From: Actinomycetota bacterium
GTDB lineage: Bacteria > Actinomycetota > UBA4738 > HRBIN12
DNA: 64,000 bases
NCBI GenBank assembly: GCA_046330185.1
Contig: JAXLTF010000010.1
Coordinates: forward strand, 330 to 64,329
Reading direction: 5' to 3'
Part shown: piece after piece, positions 41,290 to 51,993 of the stretch
Layout: every line of letters starts with the position of its first letter
Numbering within the stretch: the first letter of the stretch is position 1
The notes under the pieces: model-generated
Told to the model about the DNA's origin: nothing
Seen by the model: only the letters and a program-made list of their open reading frames with translations
Database searches by the model: none
Translations under genes and position numbers: made by a program

Positions 41290-42422
41290 ATGAAGGAGCC
41301 GTACTCGTTCACGTTCTACACGGCCACGTGGTACCGGCGCTCGCCGTACTGGCAGCGCACGGTCGAGGCCGGGTGCACCAGCTGGGATCTGTACAACCAC
41401 ATGCTGATCCCCACGCTGTACGACGACGACGAGACCGAGTACTGGGCGCTCGTGAACGGCGTGACGCTGTGGGACGTCGCGGTCGAGCGCCAGGTCGAGA
41501 TCACCGGTCCCGACGCGGAGCGCTTCACGCAGCTGATCACCGCGACCTGTCGCGGTGCAAGATCTGCAAGTGCAAGTACCGCGCCGATCATCGCGCCGAC
41601 CGGCGGCATCGTGGAGCAGCCCGATCCTGCTCCGGCTGGGCAACTGGCTCTATCCGCTCGCCCGACTCGGGCCTTCCTGCTGCCTGGGCGTCGCGGCGTT
41701 CGCCGGGCTCGACGTGCAGCTGCGCGAGCCGGACGTCTCGCCGCTCCAGGTGCAGGGACCCAGGTCGAAGGACGTGATCCGCACGCTGTTCGGCGACGCG
41801 GTGGCGGACCTCCGCTACTACTTCGCACAGGAAGACGACCTGGACGGGATCCCCGTCGTCGTCTCGCGCACCGGCTGGACAGGTGAGGTCGGCTACGAGC
41901 TGTACCTGCGCGACAGCTCGCGCGGGATCAACTGTGGGACCGCGTGATGGAGGCGGGCAAGCCGCTCGACATCCGCGCGATCGCGCCTTCGGACCAGCGT
42001 CGCCTGGAGGCCGGCATCTTCAACTACCTTGCTGACGACATGGGCGTCGAGGACACCCCGCTGCACGTCACCGGGATGGGCGCCTGATCGAGTGGGACGC
42101 CGACTTCGTCGGGAAGCCGGCGCTGCAGCGCCTGGCCGAGACCGGCGTCGACCACCAAGCTCGTCGGCGCTGACGTTCGACGGCGACCCCTTCCGGATGT
42201 GGCTCGAGGAGTTCTGGCCCGTCGAGCGCGCAACCCGGATTCGGTCGTCGGGAAGCTCACGTCCGCGTCCTCGTTCCGGCTGAAGGCGGAACATCGGGTA
42301 CGCGTGGGTCTGATCGAGGAGCTGGCTGGGGCGGGCACCGAGCTCATTCGCCCGACGGTCCGCCGGCGACGGTTACCGAGCTGCCGTTCCTCGACCCGCG
42401 CAAGCAGGTCCCGCTCGGCTGG
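41290..42422 (+). pseudogene. GcvT-family aminomethyltransferase paralogue 1, about 10 frame changes
   Basis: ATG abuts the TAG of the upstream gene. Recognisable blocks (YNHMLIPTLYDD, LQVQGPRSKDVIRTLFG, SRTGWTGEVGYELYL, ELPFLDPRKQVP) are spread over all three frames. Confidence 0.75.
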
Positions 42423-42540
42423 CAGATCGGCCTTCGGCCAGTCGTCCTCCATCGAAGCGACGCATGGCGTTTTCGGTGGCGTTCCGCGGCGACGGAGAAG
42501 AAGGGGTGACCGATCCGCGGCGGTCCTTCTTACCTCCCGG

Positions 42541-43279
42541 ATGACCGAGTCGCTCCGCCAGGCCGACGTCGCCGACACGTCCTCCACAGAAGGCGTCGCC
42601 CTGTTCGCGATCACGGCGGTCGGCCTGGGGCTCGGCGTCGCCTCGACCCTCGCCAGCGGGCTCGCGGGTGGGCGAGCCCTCGGGATCCTGGGCAACACCG
42701 CTTCCCCCTGGGGGACTCGCGGCGTTCCTCGTCGGATCTCGGACGACATCGGCGAAACGAGGGGCGATCGCGGGTGGCCTAGCGCTCCTGGTCGGGGTGG
42801 TCGCCTGCCATAAAGAACCGGGGTGCGCGGGATCGTGTTCGGCGGGGGCAACCTCGTGTGGACGGTCACCGCGCTCGTGGCCGGGCCCATGTGGGGTGGT
42901 GCGGTGCCGCCATCGCGCGGGATGAAGGGCAGCCGCCGCTCATCGCGCTCGCGGCGCCCGCGGCAATGATGGCGTCGAGCCCTGTTCCTGATGATCCAGT
43001 CGGATCTGGGCCGCGGACTTCGCGGCCGAGAACTACCGTCCTGATCGATGCCGGGATGATGCTGGCCCTGCTGCTCGAAGGCATGGCCCTCACCGTTGAA
43101 CTGCATCGCGATCGGCGACGACTCGCCCGCGTCTACGTGCTCGTGCTGCTCGGCAGCGTCGCCGAGGCGTTCGCCTTCCAACTGCTCTACCGGCTGATCG
43201 TCGCCGTCCGTAGGCGGTTCGCCCGGCTCGACGGCCGGGTGGCCAGGACCCGAACGTGCGGGCTGGGCGCTGTCCATGA
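42541..43279 (+). pseudogene. Degraded membrane protein (family not assigned)
   Basis: Hydrophobic segments (LFAITAVGLGLGVASTLASGLAG, LAAFLVG, GGLALLVGVVA, MMLALLLEGMAL, VLVLLGSVAEAFAF) appear in alternating frames. Boundaries are approximate. Confidence 0.3.
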
Positions 43280-43302
43280 TGCTTTCCAGAACTTCGCGTG
43301 CG

Positions 43303-43542
43303 ATGGCAGAACGGACGACGCTGACGCTGGAGGACGACGTCGCGGCACGCCTTCGGGAGGAGGCTCGCCGCCAAGGGAATCGCCGGGACATCGTCAACGG
43401 CCTGATCCGTGCCGGGATGAACCGGGTACCTGACGCCAGGCCGTACGAGGTGCCCGTGCCGGGACCTGGGTCTCCGCCCCGGCATCGACCTGGATGACAT
43501 CCAGGGCTCCTGGACCGGCTGGACGGACCGGATCGTCGGTGA
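43303..43542 (+). pseudogene. vapB: Ribbon-helix-helix antitoxin (VapB-like), frameshifted
   Basis: MAERTTLTLEDDVAARLREEARRQG...DIVNGLIRAG. The C-terminal part (LGLRPGIDLDDIQGLLDRLDG) is in another frame. The stop overlaps the toxin GTG (GTGA). Confidence 0.6.
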
Positions 43543-43956
43543 TCATCCCCGACGCGAACATCCTCCTGTACGCCATCGACCGGAGCGGCCAGCACAGCCA
43601 GCCGAGGCGTGGCTGGAGGAGGCGCTGTCCGGTGACGACGACGTCGGCTTCCGCTGGTCTCGCTCCTGGCGTTCATCCGGATCGGAACCGATCTCGCGTG
43701 CTTCTGGAACCCGCTCCCGACGAGCAGGCGATCGCGCTCGTTCATCCTGGTTGGAACGCCCGAACGCCGGCCTCGTGCAGCCGTCGGCCGCGCGCTGGAT
43801 GCGCATGCAGGAGCCAAGCCGAGAAGGGACGCGCCCGTGGCGCTCGTGATGGACGCTCATCTCGCGGCCCTGGCCGCCGAGCACGGCGCGACGGTCTGCT
43901 CGACGGATCGCGACCTGGCGCGGTTCAAGGGCGTGGTGATCGACCCGACGAGCTGA
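43539..43956 (+). pseudogene. vapC: PIN-domain toxin (VapC-like), frameshifted
   Basis: N-terminus VIIPDANILLYAID and C-terminus MDAHLAALAAEHGATVCSTDRDLARFKGV are in different frames. Confidence 0.7.
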
Positions 43957-43970
43957 GCGCGTCATGCATG

Positions 43971-44520
43971 ATGGGGCCGTGGAAGTCGCTGCGCGGGAAC
44001 CTGCTGATCGCCGGGGCGTCCTGGCCAGGATCGAACTTCCGGCGCGATCGTCCTGATCGAGCGCACCGGCCGAGACGGCGCCGTCGGTGGTGCTGGACCG
44101 CGCCGCTGACGTGACGGTCGCCGAGGCGGTGCCCCGCTCGCCCCGCTCGTTGCCCGGCGACGAGCCGCTGTTCATCGGACCGGTGGAGCCGCAGGCGGCG
44201 GTCGTGGTCGCGGACTTCGACGAGCCGGAGCGCGCCGAGCTGTTGGCGCTCGGCTCGATCGGGTTCCTGCCGCCCGACAGCGGCGCGGAGAAGTCCCGAC
44301 GGGATCCGGCGCGCCCGCGTATTCGCCGGCTGCAGCGAGCAGGGCGCCGGCCAGCTCGAGGAGCTCGCCGAGGACGCCTGGATCGTCGAGCCCGCGGTCC
44401 CCGAGGACGTGTTCATCGCCGACCCGGGTCGGCTCTGGGATCAGGTGCTCCGTCGGAAGGGGCGCGCGTACGACCTGATGCGGATGACCGATGCCGGCCG
44501 ACCCCGGCGCCAACGAGCGC
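43971..44520 (+). pseudogene. YqgE/AlgH family protein (UPF0301), multiple frameshifts
   Basis: SLRGNLLIA...NFRR..IVLIE.TGRDGAVG.VLDR...GDEPLFIGGPVEPQAAVVV...LWDQVLRRKG can be reconstructed only by frame hopping. The 3' end is approximate. Confidence 0.55.
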
Positions 44521-44638
44521 CGACTACCAGAGCCGGTCGATCTGGCCGGATGGGCTCGAAATCCGGGCTCCGACAACTGGGGCCGGCCACCACGCTCGTT
44601 CGCTGAAGAACGCCGCAATCGTCACCTTGTCGAGACGG

Positions 44639-45078
44639 TCAGGGTCGTCGGGCGTCCCGCCGACCAGGACCGTACCAGGCCAGGTGATCCCAGCCGGCGC
44701 GTTCGTAGAACGCCTGCAGCTCGGTCGCGTGAAGATCGAGGTCGCAACTCGGCGAGCAGCCGTCGGGCCTCGGCGGCCAGCCGCGTGCCGTACCCGCGGC
44801 CACGGACCCTCGTCGGTGACGACCGCGCTCAGCCCGCTCGCGGCGAACCGCTCCCGCAGTGCTCGGATTCCTTCGACGCTGCGTCGAGGGCGGCGACCAC
44901 GCGGTCGCCGTCGAAGGCCAGCAGCAGGACCACGGCCGCAGCGCGGGGTCGTGCCGGCCCCCGAGTCCAGCTCGTCGTCCGACGGCCACTGCCGCTGGAT
45001 CGCGACGACCTGCTCGCGCAGGGGCCGCGGCACGTCGGCCTCGGGAACGACACGAACCGCATCGCGGGAGCTTCGCAC
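44639..45078 (-). pseudogene. GNAT family N-acetyltransferase, multiple frameshifts
   Basis: Blocks VVPEADVPRPLREQVVAIQRQWP, VVLLLAFDGDRVVAAL, GYGTRLAAEARRLL and LQAFYERAGW lie on the minus strand in three frames. Confidence 0.55.
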
Positions 45079-45170
45079 GCGGAGCCTCGGCTGTGCGGCC
45101 GGTGCAACCCGTGACGCAGCGATGCTGCGGTAGGGTCCGCGGCACCGAACCTGACCGCGCGGGAGGAACG

Positions 45171-46306
45171 GTGCCGTCGAGACCGCTACGTTCTACATCC
45201 AGCCCTGGTACCGGAAGTCGCCGTACTTCGAGGCCACGAAGCGCGCCGGCTGCAAGAGCTGGGGCCTGTACAACCATGCTGCTGCCGACGCTGTACGACG
45301 ACCGGTCGCCGAGTATCACGCTGCTGAACGACGTGACGATGTGGGACGTCAGCGTCGAGCGGTGCGTCGAGATCGAGGCCCGGACGCGTTCGAGCTGACG
45401 AACGCGAATCACGTGCCGCGACCTGACGAAGGTCGACGTGATGCAATGCCGCTACGTGCTGCTGACCGCCGCCGACGGCGAGATCGTGAACGACCCGGTC
45501 CTGCTCCGCCTGGCCGAGGACCGCTTCTGGCTGGCGCTCGCCCGTTCGCGCTGCTGTACGTCGCAGGGGTGGCTGCGGGCGCGGGTTCGACGTCGCGATC
45601 CGCGAGGCCGACTGTCGCCGATGCAGGTGCAGGGCCCGCGGTCGAAGGACGTGATCCGGACGCTGTTCGGCGACGACGTGGCCGGCCTCCGCTACTACTT
45701 CTGCGCGAGAGGCCGGGGTCGGGAGCATCCCCGTCGTCGTCTCGCGGGCAGGCTGGACCGGCGAGGTGGGTACGAGATCTACCTGCGGGACTCCGCGCGA
45801 CAGCGACGGCCTGTGGCGCGCGGTCGAAACCGGCGCCCGCACGAGATCCGCGCGATCGCGCCGTCCAGGCCCGCCGGATCGAGCCGGGGATCTTCAACTA
45901 CGGCTCGGACATGCGGATGTCGAGGACACGCCGCTGCATGAGCGGGCTGGAGCGGTTCGTCGAGCTCGACCAGCCCCAGCCCTTCATCGGGCAGGAGGCG
46001 CTGGTGCGTCTGCGCGACCGCGGCATCGACCTGGCTCGTGGGGATCGACATCGACGGTGGCCGATGACCGACAGGCCTTGAACGACGCGTGGCCGGTGCA
46101 TGCGCCGGAGTCGACCGGATCGGAGCGTGTGACCGCCGGCGCCTGGTCAACCGCGTCTGGAGCGGAACGTCGGCTACGCGTGGGTTCCCGCGAGCCATGA
46201 CGATCGGCGCTGGAGCTCGAGGTCGCATCGTCCTCGAGTCCAAGGTCGGCGACCGTGTGGGCGCTCCCCGTTCGTCGACCCCGAGAAGCGCATCCCCGTG
46301 GGTTGA
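45171..46306 (+). pseudogene. GcvT-family aminomethyltransferase paralogue 2, heavily frameshifted
   Basis: GTG preceded by GGGAGGAA. Blocks FYIQPWYRKSPYFEATKRAGCKSWGLYNHMLLPTLYDD, MQVQGPRSKDVIRTLFGDDVAGLRYYF and PFVDPEKRIPVG-stop lie in different frames. My by-eye estimate is about 75-80% nt identity to copy 1 in the best blocks. Confidence 0.7.
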
Positions 46307-46340
46307 CGCGCCGAGAAGCGCATGAGGTGGTGTGTCAAGC

Positions 46341-46675
46341 ATGAAGGTGGTCCCGATCGACGAGGTGATCGCCGCGGTGATCCACCGCGGACGGCAAGGT
46401 CGTCCTCGAGGACAGCGCCTACGGCCGTGCGGGCCATCCGCGGAACCGGGTGATCTCCACGCCTCGACGTTGGGCGCGAGCGGTCGGAGCTGGCGCTCGT
46501 CCGGTATCCGCATCTGCCGTTCCTGCCTCGCGCGATGACGTGGCACCACAGCCTCTTCGTCTACGACGGGCTCTACGTCGCGCTCGCCGAGGCGCTCGGA
46601 GCACCACTCGTCTGCGAGGATGGCCGTCTGGCGCGGTCGGCGGGCACCACGATCGACGTGGTCGCGATCAGGTGA
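46341..46675 (+). pseudogene. Second PIN-domain (VapC-like) toxin remnant with no adjacent antitoxin
   Basis: The C-terminal block HSLFVYDGLYVALAEALGAPLVCEDGRLARSAG is typical of VapC. The N-terminal part is in other frames. Confidence 0.5.
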
Positions 46676-46723
46676 CCCGCCGACGTCGACGAGCTGATCT
46701 CTCGGCTTCCGCTGATCCCGGCC

Positions 46724-47531
46724 ATGGACGTGCGATTCAGGACTTGACAGAGCGCGAGCCTCCGAGCACGTTCGACCACGCCGTCCCGTTCTACGACGAG
46801 ACGCGGCGGCCTCTCCGTGGGCCCTGGTCGAGACCACCCGATCTCCTGGCGCGCTCGCTCCGCGGCTGCCGTCCTTGCTCGACGTCGGCGCGGGAACCGG
46901 TCTCCTGGCGCTCCCGTTGTTGAGCGAGGGTTCCGGATCGACGGGATCGACCTGTCCGAGCGTGCTCCACAACCTCTTGGAGAAGGAGCGCCAGGGCACG
47001 ATCGGTGTGGCGATCGCCGACGCGACGCGGCTGCCATTCCGCAGCGCCGCGTTCGACGGCGCCTACCTCGTCGTCCTGCTGGTCCCCGAGTGGGTGGCCG
47101 TGCTCGCGGAAGTCGCGCGTCGTGCGCCCGGGGAATCGGTTCCTGGCGAGCATCACCGACTACTCGGACTGTACGAGGAGGTGCAGCGTCGGTTCCTGCA
47201 CGAGGCGGGCGGTCTGCCGCTCGCGGTCGGTCTGCCGCCGAACGACCCCGCCCCGCTCGTGAGCGCGATGGCGATGCTCGGCGCCCGTGGTCATCGGCTG
47301 CCCCCGGTCCGGGGGCGCCAGGCCTCACGCTGGCGCAGTTCCTGCATCACATCGAGCGCGGCCGCACACGTGGACCTGGAGCGCGTCGCAGCACCAGCGC
47401 ACCCATGCGGTCCGCCGGGTCGGGCGTGGCTCCACCGGCGGTTCGACGACCTGGATCGCCCGGTCGAGCGGGTACGTCGTCGACTGGTGGTCCTTCGACC
47501 TGCCCCGGCTCGAGCTGCCCTCCTCGGGGTA
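46724..47531 (+). pseudogene. Class I SAM-dependent methyltransferase, copy 1 (frameshifted)
   Basis: FDHAVPFYDETRRPL, LDVGAGTGLLALPL, IADATRLPFRSAAFDGAYL in alternating frames. The start is approximate. Confidence 0.55.
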
Positions 47532-48309
47532 GGCCACGCCCGGGAACGTCCACATCGCGTTCGACCGCGCCGCGGCGTACTACGACCAGACCCGGAAGTT
47601 CTCGCCGAGACGGAAGGCGAGATGATCGAGGTCCTGAGCGCCGAGTTCGGTGAGAAGGGCCCCATCCTCGAAGTCGGGGTCGGGACCGGGCAGGTCGCCC
47701 TGCCGCTCGCAGCCGGCGGGGTCCGGGTGGTCGGCATCGACCTGGCCCGACCGATGATGGAGCGGCTCGTGGCCAAGGCGGGCGGCCGGTCTCCGTTCCC
47801 GCTGGTCGAGGGCGACGCGACCGGGATGCCGTTCGCGGACGACGCCTTCGACGAGGCGTACCTGCGGTGGGTGCTGCACCTGATCCCGATTGGCGCAGCG
47901 CGCTGACCGAGATCGCCCGCGTGTGCCGCCCGGGCACGGCTGGTCACGATCCTGGGCTCGTACGAGGACCGCGCTCGAGATCCAGGAACAGTTCGCCGAG
48001 CTCGCCGGGATCTCGATCGAGCCGGTCGGTTTGATGGGACGGGTTCGAGCCCTGGACGCGGCGATGAAGTCCTCGGAGCCGTGCCGCGCGACCTACCGCG
48101 CCTGGTCGCTGATCGACCACGAGCCTGGGTGCCTTCGTCGACGTGATCGCGAACAACCGCTACTCGTGGACGTGAGCTGGGACCCGGCCCTGCTGCCGGG
48201 TCTGGCGGACGAGGTCCGTGCCTGGGCGCAGGAGCGGTTCGGGCCGCTCGACCAGGTGCACGGGGAGTCGTACGACATCGGCTGGCGCGCCTACGACCTG
48301 GTCGGTTAG
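47532..48309 (+). pseudogene. Class I SAM-dependent methyltransferase, copy 2 (tandem paralogue, frameshifted)
   Basis: FDRAAAYYDQTRKF, ILEVGVGTGQVALPLAAGG, EGDATGMPFADDAFDEAYLRWVLHLIP, C-terminus ...SYDIGWRAYDLVG. No start codon is visible after the copy-1 stop. Confidence 0.6.
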
Positions 48310-48330
48310 GTCCGGCCGCGGCGGCCGGAC
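48310..48330 (+). terminator. Hairpin GTCCGGCCGC-G-GCGGCCGGAC directly after the methyltransferase stop
   Basis: 10-nt perfect inverted repeat (effective stem about 8 bp). Confidence 0.55.
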
Positions 48331-48396
48331 AGCCGATATCCTGTGCGAACGCCTACGGGGCCTTCGGACCCCCGGTCGAGCAGAGGAGGGTCCACG

Positions 48397-49323
48397 GTGC
48401 CGATCACGCAGGTCGAGAAGATCTGGATGGACGGCGAGCTCGTGGACTGGGCGGACGCCAAGGTCCACGTGCTCTCCCACGCGCTGCACTACGGCAGCGG
48501 CGTATTCGAGGGCATCCGGGCCTACGCCACCGACCGCGGCCCCGCGGTCTGGCACCTCGACGAGCACCTGAAGCGCCTGTACCGCTCGGCGAAGCTCTAC
48601 CACCTCGAGATCCCGCACTCGCTCGAGGCGATCACGGACGGCGTGAAGGACACCATCCGGGCGAACGGCCTGGACGCCTGCTACATCCGGCCGCTCGTGA
48701 TGCGGGGCTACGGCGAGATGGGCGTGAACCCGCTGAACGCCCCGGTGAACGTGATCATCGCGGTCTGGCCCTGGGGCACGTACCTGGGCGAGGACGCGCT
48801 GGAGCAGGGCGTGCGGATCAAGATCAGCAGCTGGCGCCGCAACGGGCAGAACTCGCTGCCGCCCGCGGCGAAGGCGACCGGTCAGTACATCAACTCCGTG
48901 TTGGCGAAGGTCGAGTCGCTGAAAGCCGGCTACGACGAGGCGATCATGCTGAACGAGCAGGGCTTCATCACCGACGGCTCCGGCGAGAACGTCTTCGTCG
49001 TGCGCGCCGGTGCGCTCACCACCCCTCCCATCCAGGCGGGGTGCCTGGACGGGATCACGCGCGGCTCGGTGATGCGGATCGCGCGAGACCTGGGATACGA
49101 GGTACGCGAGGAGAACCTGGTCCGAACGGACCTGTACAACGCCGACGAGGTCTTCTTCACCGGAACGGCCGCGGAGCTCACGCCGATCCGCGAGGTCGAC
49201 GACCGGGTGGTGGGCGAGGGGCACCGCGGGCCCGTCACGAAGGAGCTGCAGGGCGCGTTCTTCGCCGCGACGAAGGGCGAGAACGAGGCCTACCGAGCCT
49301 GGCTCACCTACGTGAACGACTGA
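48397..49323 (+). CDS. ilvE: Branched-chain amino acid aminotransferase
   Basis: GTG 48397 preceded by GAGGAGGG. Class-IV aminotransferase pattern (HALHYGSGVFEGIRAY, TGQYINSVLAK, FFTGTAAELTPI). Intact. Confidence 0.9.
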   Translation: MPITQVEKIWMDGELVDWADAKVHVLSHALHYGSGVFEGIRAYATDRGPAVWHLDEHLKRLYRSAKLYHLEIPHSLEAITDGVKDTIRANGLDACYIRPLVMRGYGEMGVNPLNAPVNVIIAVWPWGTYLGEDALEQGVRIKISSWRRNGQNSLPPAAKATGQYINSVLAKVESLKAGYDEAIMLNEQGFITDGSGENVFVVRAGALTTPPIQAGCLDGITRGSVMRIARDLGYEVREENLVRTDLYNADEVFFTGTAAELTPIREVDDRVVGEGHRGPVTKELQGAFFAATKGENEAYRAWLTYVND

Positions 49324-49331
49324 GCGCCGAC

Positions 49332-51877
49332 ATGACCGACGACTCCGAAGGCCCGGTACCGACTGCCGCGCGACGTCGTGCCCTCGCGGTACGACCTCGC
49401 GATCGACACCGACCTCGAGAGCGGCATGTTCCAGGGATCGGTGGACATCGAAGTGACGATCGCCGTGCCGGTCTCCGAGGTCGTCGTGAACGCGGTCGAC
49501 CTGGAGCTCTCGAACGGCAGCGTGATCCCGCGCGACGGCCGGGCGGTCGAGGTCGCCGAGGTCCGGCTCGATCGAGACCGAGCGCGCACACCTGACGCTC
49601 TCGGGCTGGTCGACCCCAGGTGAAGCGACCTGCACCTGGACTTCGCGGGCGAGCTGAACGACAAGCTCGTCGGGTTCTACCGGTCGACGCACAAGGACGC
49701 GGGCGGAGCGCACAAGGTGATCGCCACGACGCACTTCGAGGCGACCGACGCCCGGCGCGTTCCCATGTTGGGACGAGCCCGATCTGAAGGCGGTTCACGG
49801 CGTCACGCTGATCGTCCGTGACGGGCTGACGGCGCCATCGAACCGGTCCCGAGGTCGCCCGGGAGGACCTGGGCGACGGCCGCGTGCGGATCAGGTTCGC
49901 CGACACGATGCCGATGTCGACCTACCTCGTGGCGTTCGTCGTGGGCGACCTGGTGCTCGTGGACCGGCCGGGCGCCGTCCCGCCACAGCGGGTCGCGGTG
50001 GTTGCGGGCAAGGAGGAGCTCGCGCCTTTCGCGTTGGACGTGAGCCAGCACGCGCTGGCGTGGTTCGCCGACTACTACGGCATCCGTACCCCGACGCGAA
50101 GGTCGACCACGTGGCGCTTCCCGACTTCGCCCAGGGAGCCATGGAGAACCTCGGGTGCATCACGTACCGCGAGATCGCGGTGCTCGTCGATCCGTCGACC
50201 GCGACGCACGACGAGCAGGCGGACGTGGCCGAGACGGTCGCACACGAGCTCGCGCACATGTGGTTCGGCGACCTCGTCACGATGCGCTGGTGGAACGGAC
50301 TGTGGCTGAACGAGGCCTTCGCGACCTTCATGTCGATGCTGTGCGTCGACGCCTGGCGACCCGACTGGGAGGTCTGGAACCAGTTCGCGCGGTACCGCAC
50401 CGCCGCCCTCGAGATCGATGCGCTCGAGACCACCCGGCCGATCGAGTACCCCGTGCACTCTCCCGACGACGCGAACGGCATGTTCGACACGCTCACGTAC
50501 CTGAAGGGCGGCTCGATCCTGCGGATGCTCGAGCAGTACCTCGGCCCGGACCGGTTCCGCGACGGTATCCGCCGATACCTCGCGAAGCACGCGCACGGGA
50601 ACACCGAGACGCACGACCTCTGGGATGCGCTCGAGGAGGAGACGGGCGAGCCGGTCCGCCGGATCATGGACGCCTGGATCTTCCAGGGCGGCTACCCGGC
50701 GATCACGGTCGAGATCGACGGCGACACCCTGAGGTTCGGCCAGCGCCGATACCTGCCGTCGCGTCCCGACGACACGACCTGGCCCGTCCCGCTGCTGGTG
50801 CGCCAGACCGCGCCGGGCGGCTCGTCGCGGACCGAGGCGCTGCTGGTCGAGGCCGAGGGCGCGTCGCTGCCCCTGAAGGACGCAGACGCGGTGGTCGTGG
50901 CGAACGCCGGCGGGCACAGCTTCGTGCGCGTGTTCTACGACGAGGCGCTCGCGGCGCGGATCACCGGCGCGCTGGACCAGCTCTCGCCGCTCGAGCGCTA
51001 CGCGCTGGTCGACGACGCCTGGGCGGCGGTCGTGGACGGCACGACGTCGGCGTCCGCGTTCTGCAGGTTCGTCGAGGGCTTCCGCGACGAGACCGACCTG
51101 CCGACCTGGCAGCTGATCCTGACCGGCCTGGGCTGGTGCGACCGGTTCCTCGAGGGCGCGCCCCGCGACCGCTTCCGCGATTCCGTCCGTGCGCTCGTGA
51201 TGCCGGGGATCCGTCGGCTGGGCTGGGAACCACGCCGGGACGAGTCCGACCTGACCCGCTCGCTGCGCGGAGCACTGATCCAGGCGCTCGCGACGCTCGC
51301 CGACGACCCGGAGGCGAAGGCGCAGGCGCGCGAGCTGGAACTGGGCGCCGAGGCCGGAGAGGCTATCGACGCGCACCTGGCGGCGGCCGCGGTGCAGATC
51401 GTGGCCGCCGACGGCGACGCGACCGACTACGACCGGTTCCGCGGGAAGGTCGCCGACCCGGCGACGCCGCAGGAGGAGATCCGCTACCTGCAGGCGCTCG
51501 CGGCGTTCCGAGAGCCCGAGCTGATGGCCCGGACGCTCGAGGCGACGCTCACCGACGACGTCCGGTCGCAGGACGCCCCGTTCCTGCTGGCGCGTTCGAC
51601 GCTGAACCGCGATCTGGGCTGGCAGGCCTGGTCCTTCATCGCGGAGCGCTGGGACGAGCTGAACGAGCGCTTCGCCAGCTCGAACATCATCACGCTCACC
51701 GCCGCGATCAAGTACCTGTCAGAGCGCGCGCAGGTGGACGAGGTCGCCGGCTTCTTCGAGACGCACGACATCCCCCAGGCGGCGCTGCAGCTGCAGCAGA
51801 ACCTGGAGCGCCAGCGGATCGCCGCCAGGCTGAGGGAACGGGCCACGCCCGACCTGCAGGCCGCCTTCGGCGGCTGA
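49332..51877 (+). pseudogene. pepN: Aminopeptidase N (M1 family); about 6 or more frame changes confined to the first ~750 nt
   Basis: From 50060 an intact 605-aa reading carries GAMEN, HELAHMWFGDLVTMRWWNGLWLNEAF. Upstream N-terminal blocks (YDLAIDTDLESGMFQGSVDIEV, FYRSTHKD, THFEATDARRAFPCWDEPDLKA, MSTYLVAFVVGDL) are scattered over frames. Confidence 0.85.
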
Positions 51878-51993
51878 GCCCCGCATCAGCATGGGGCGCT
51901 GTAGCTCCTCGGCCTACGTTACGGAGAGCTATGCGGGAGGCGCGCCTGTAGTCAGTCTCCGATGAGACTGGACAGCACGAACGCTCGCATTGG

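Noticed and set aside
51885-51950. tRNA-like words (GGGGCGCTGTAGCTCC ... GGAGAGCTATGCGGGA) that could mark a tRNA-Ala remnant or att site at the island boundary.
   Set aside because: Only about 12-14 nt resemble tRNA-Ala acceptor/T-arm sequence. No cloverleaf can be folded and no second copy was seen at the other end of the patch. It is too weak to call.
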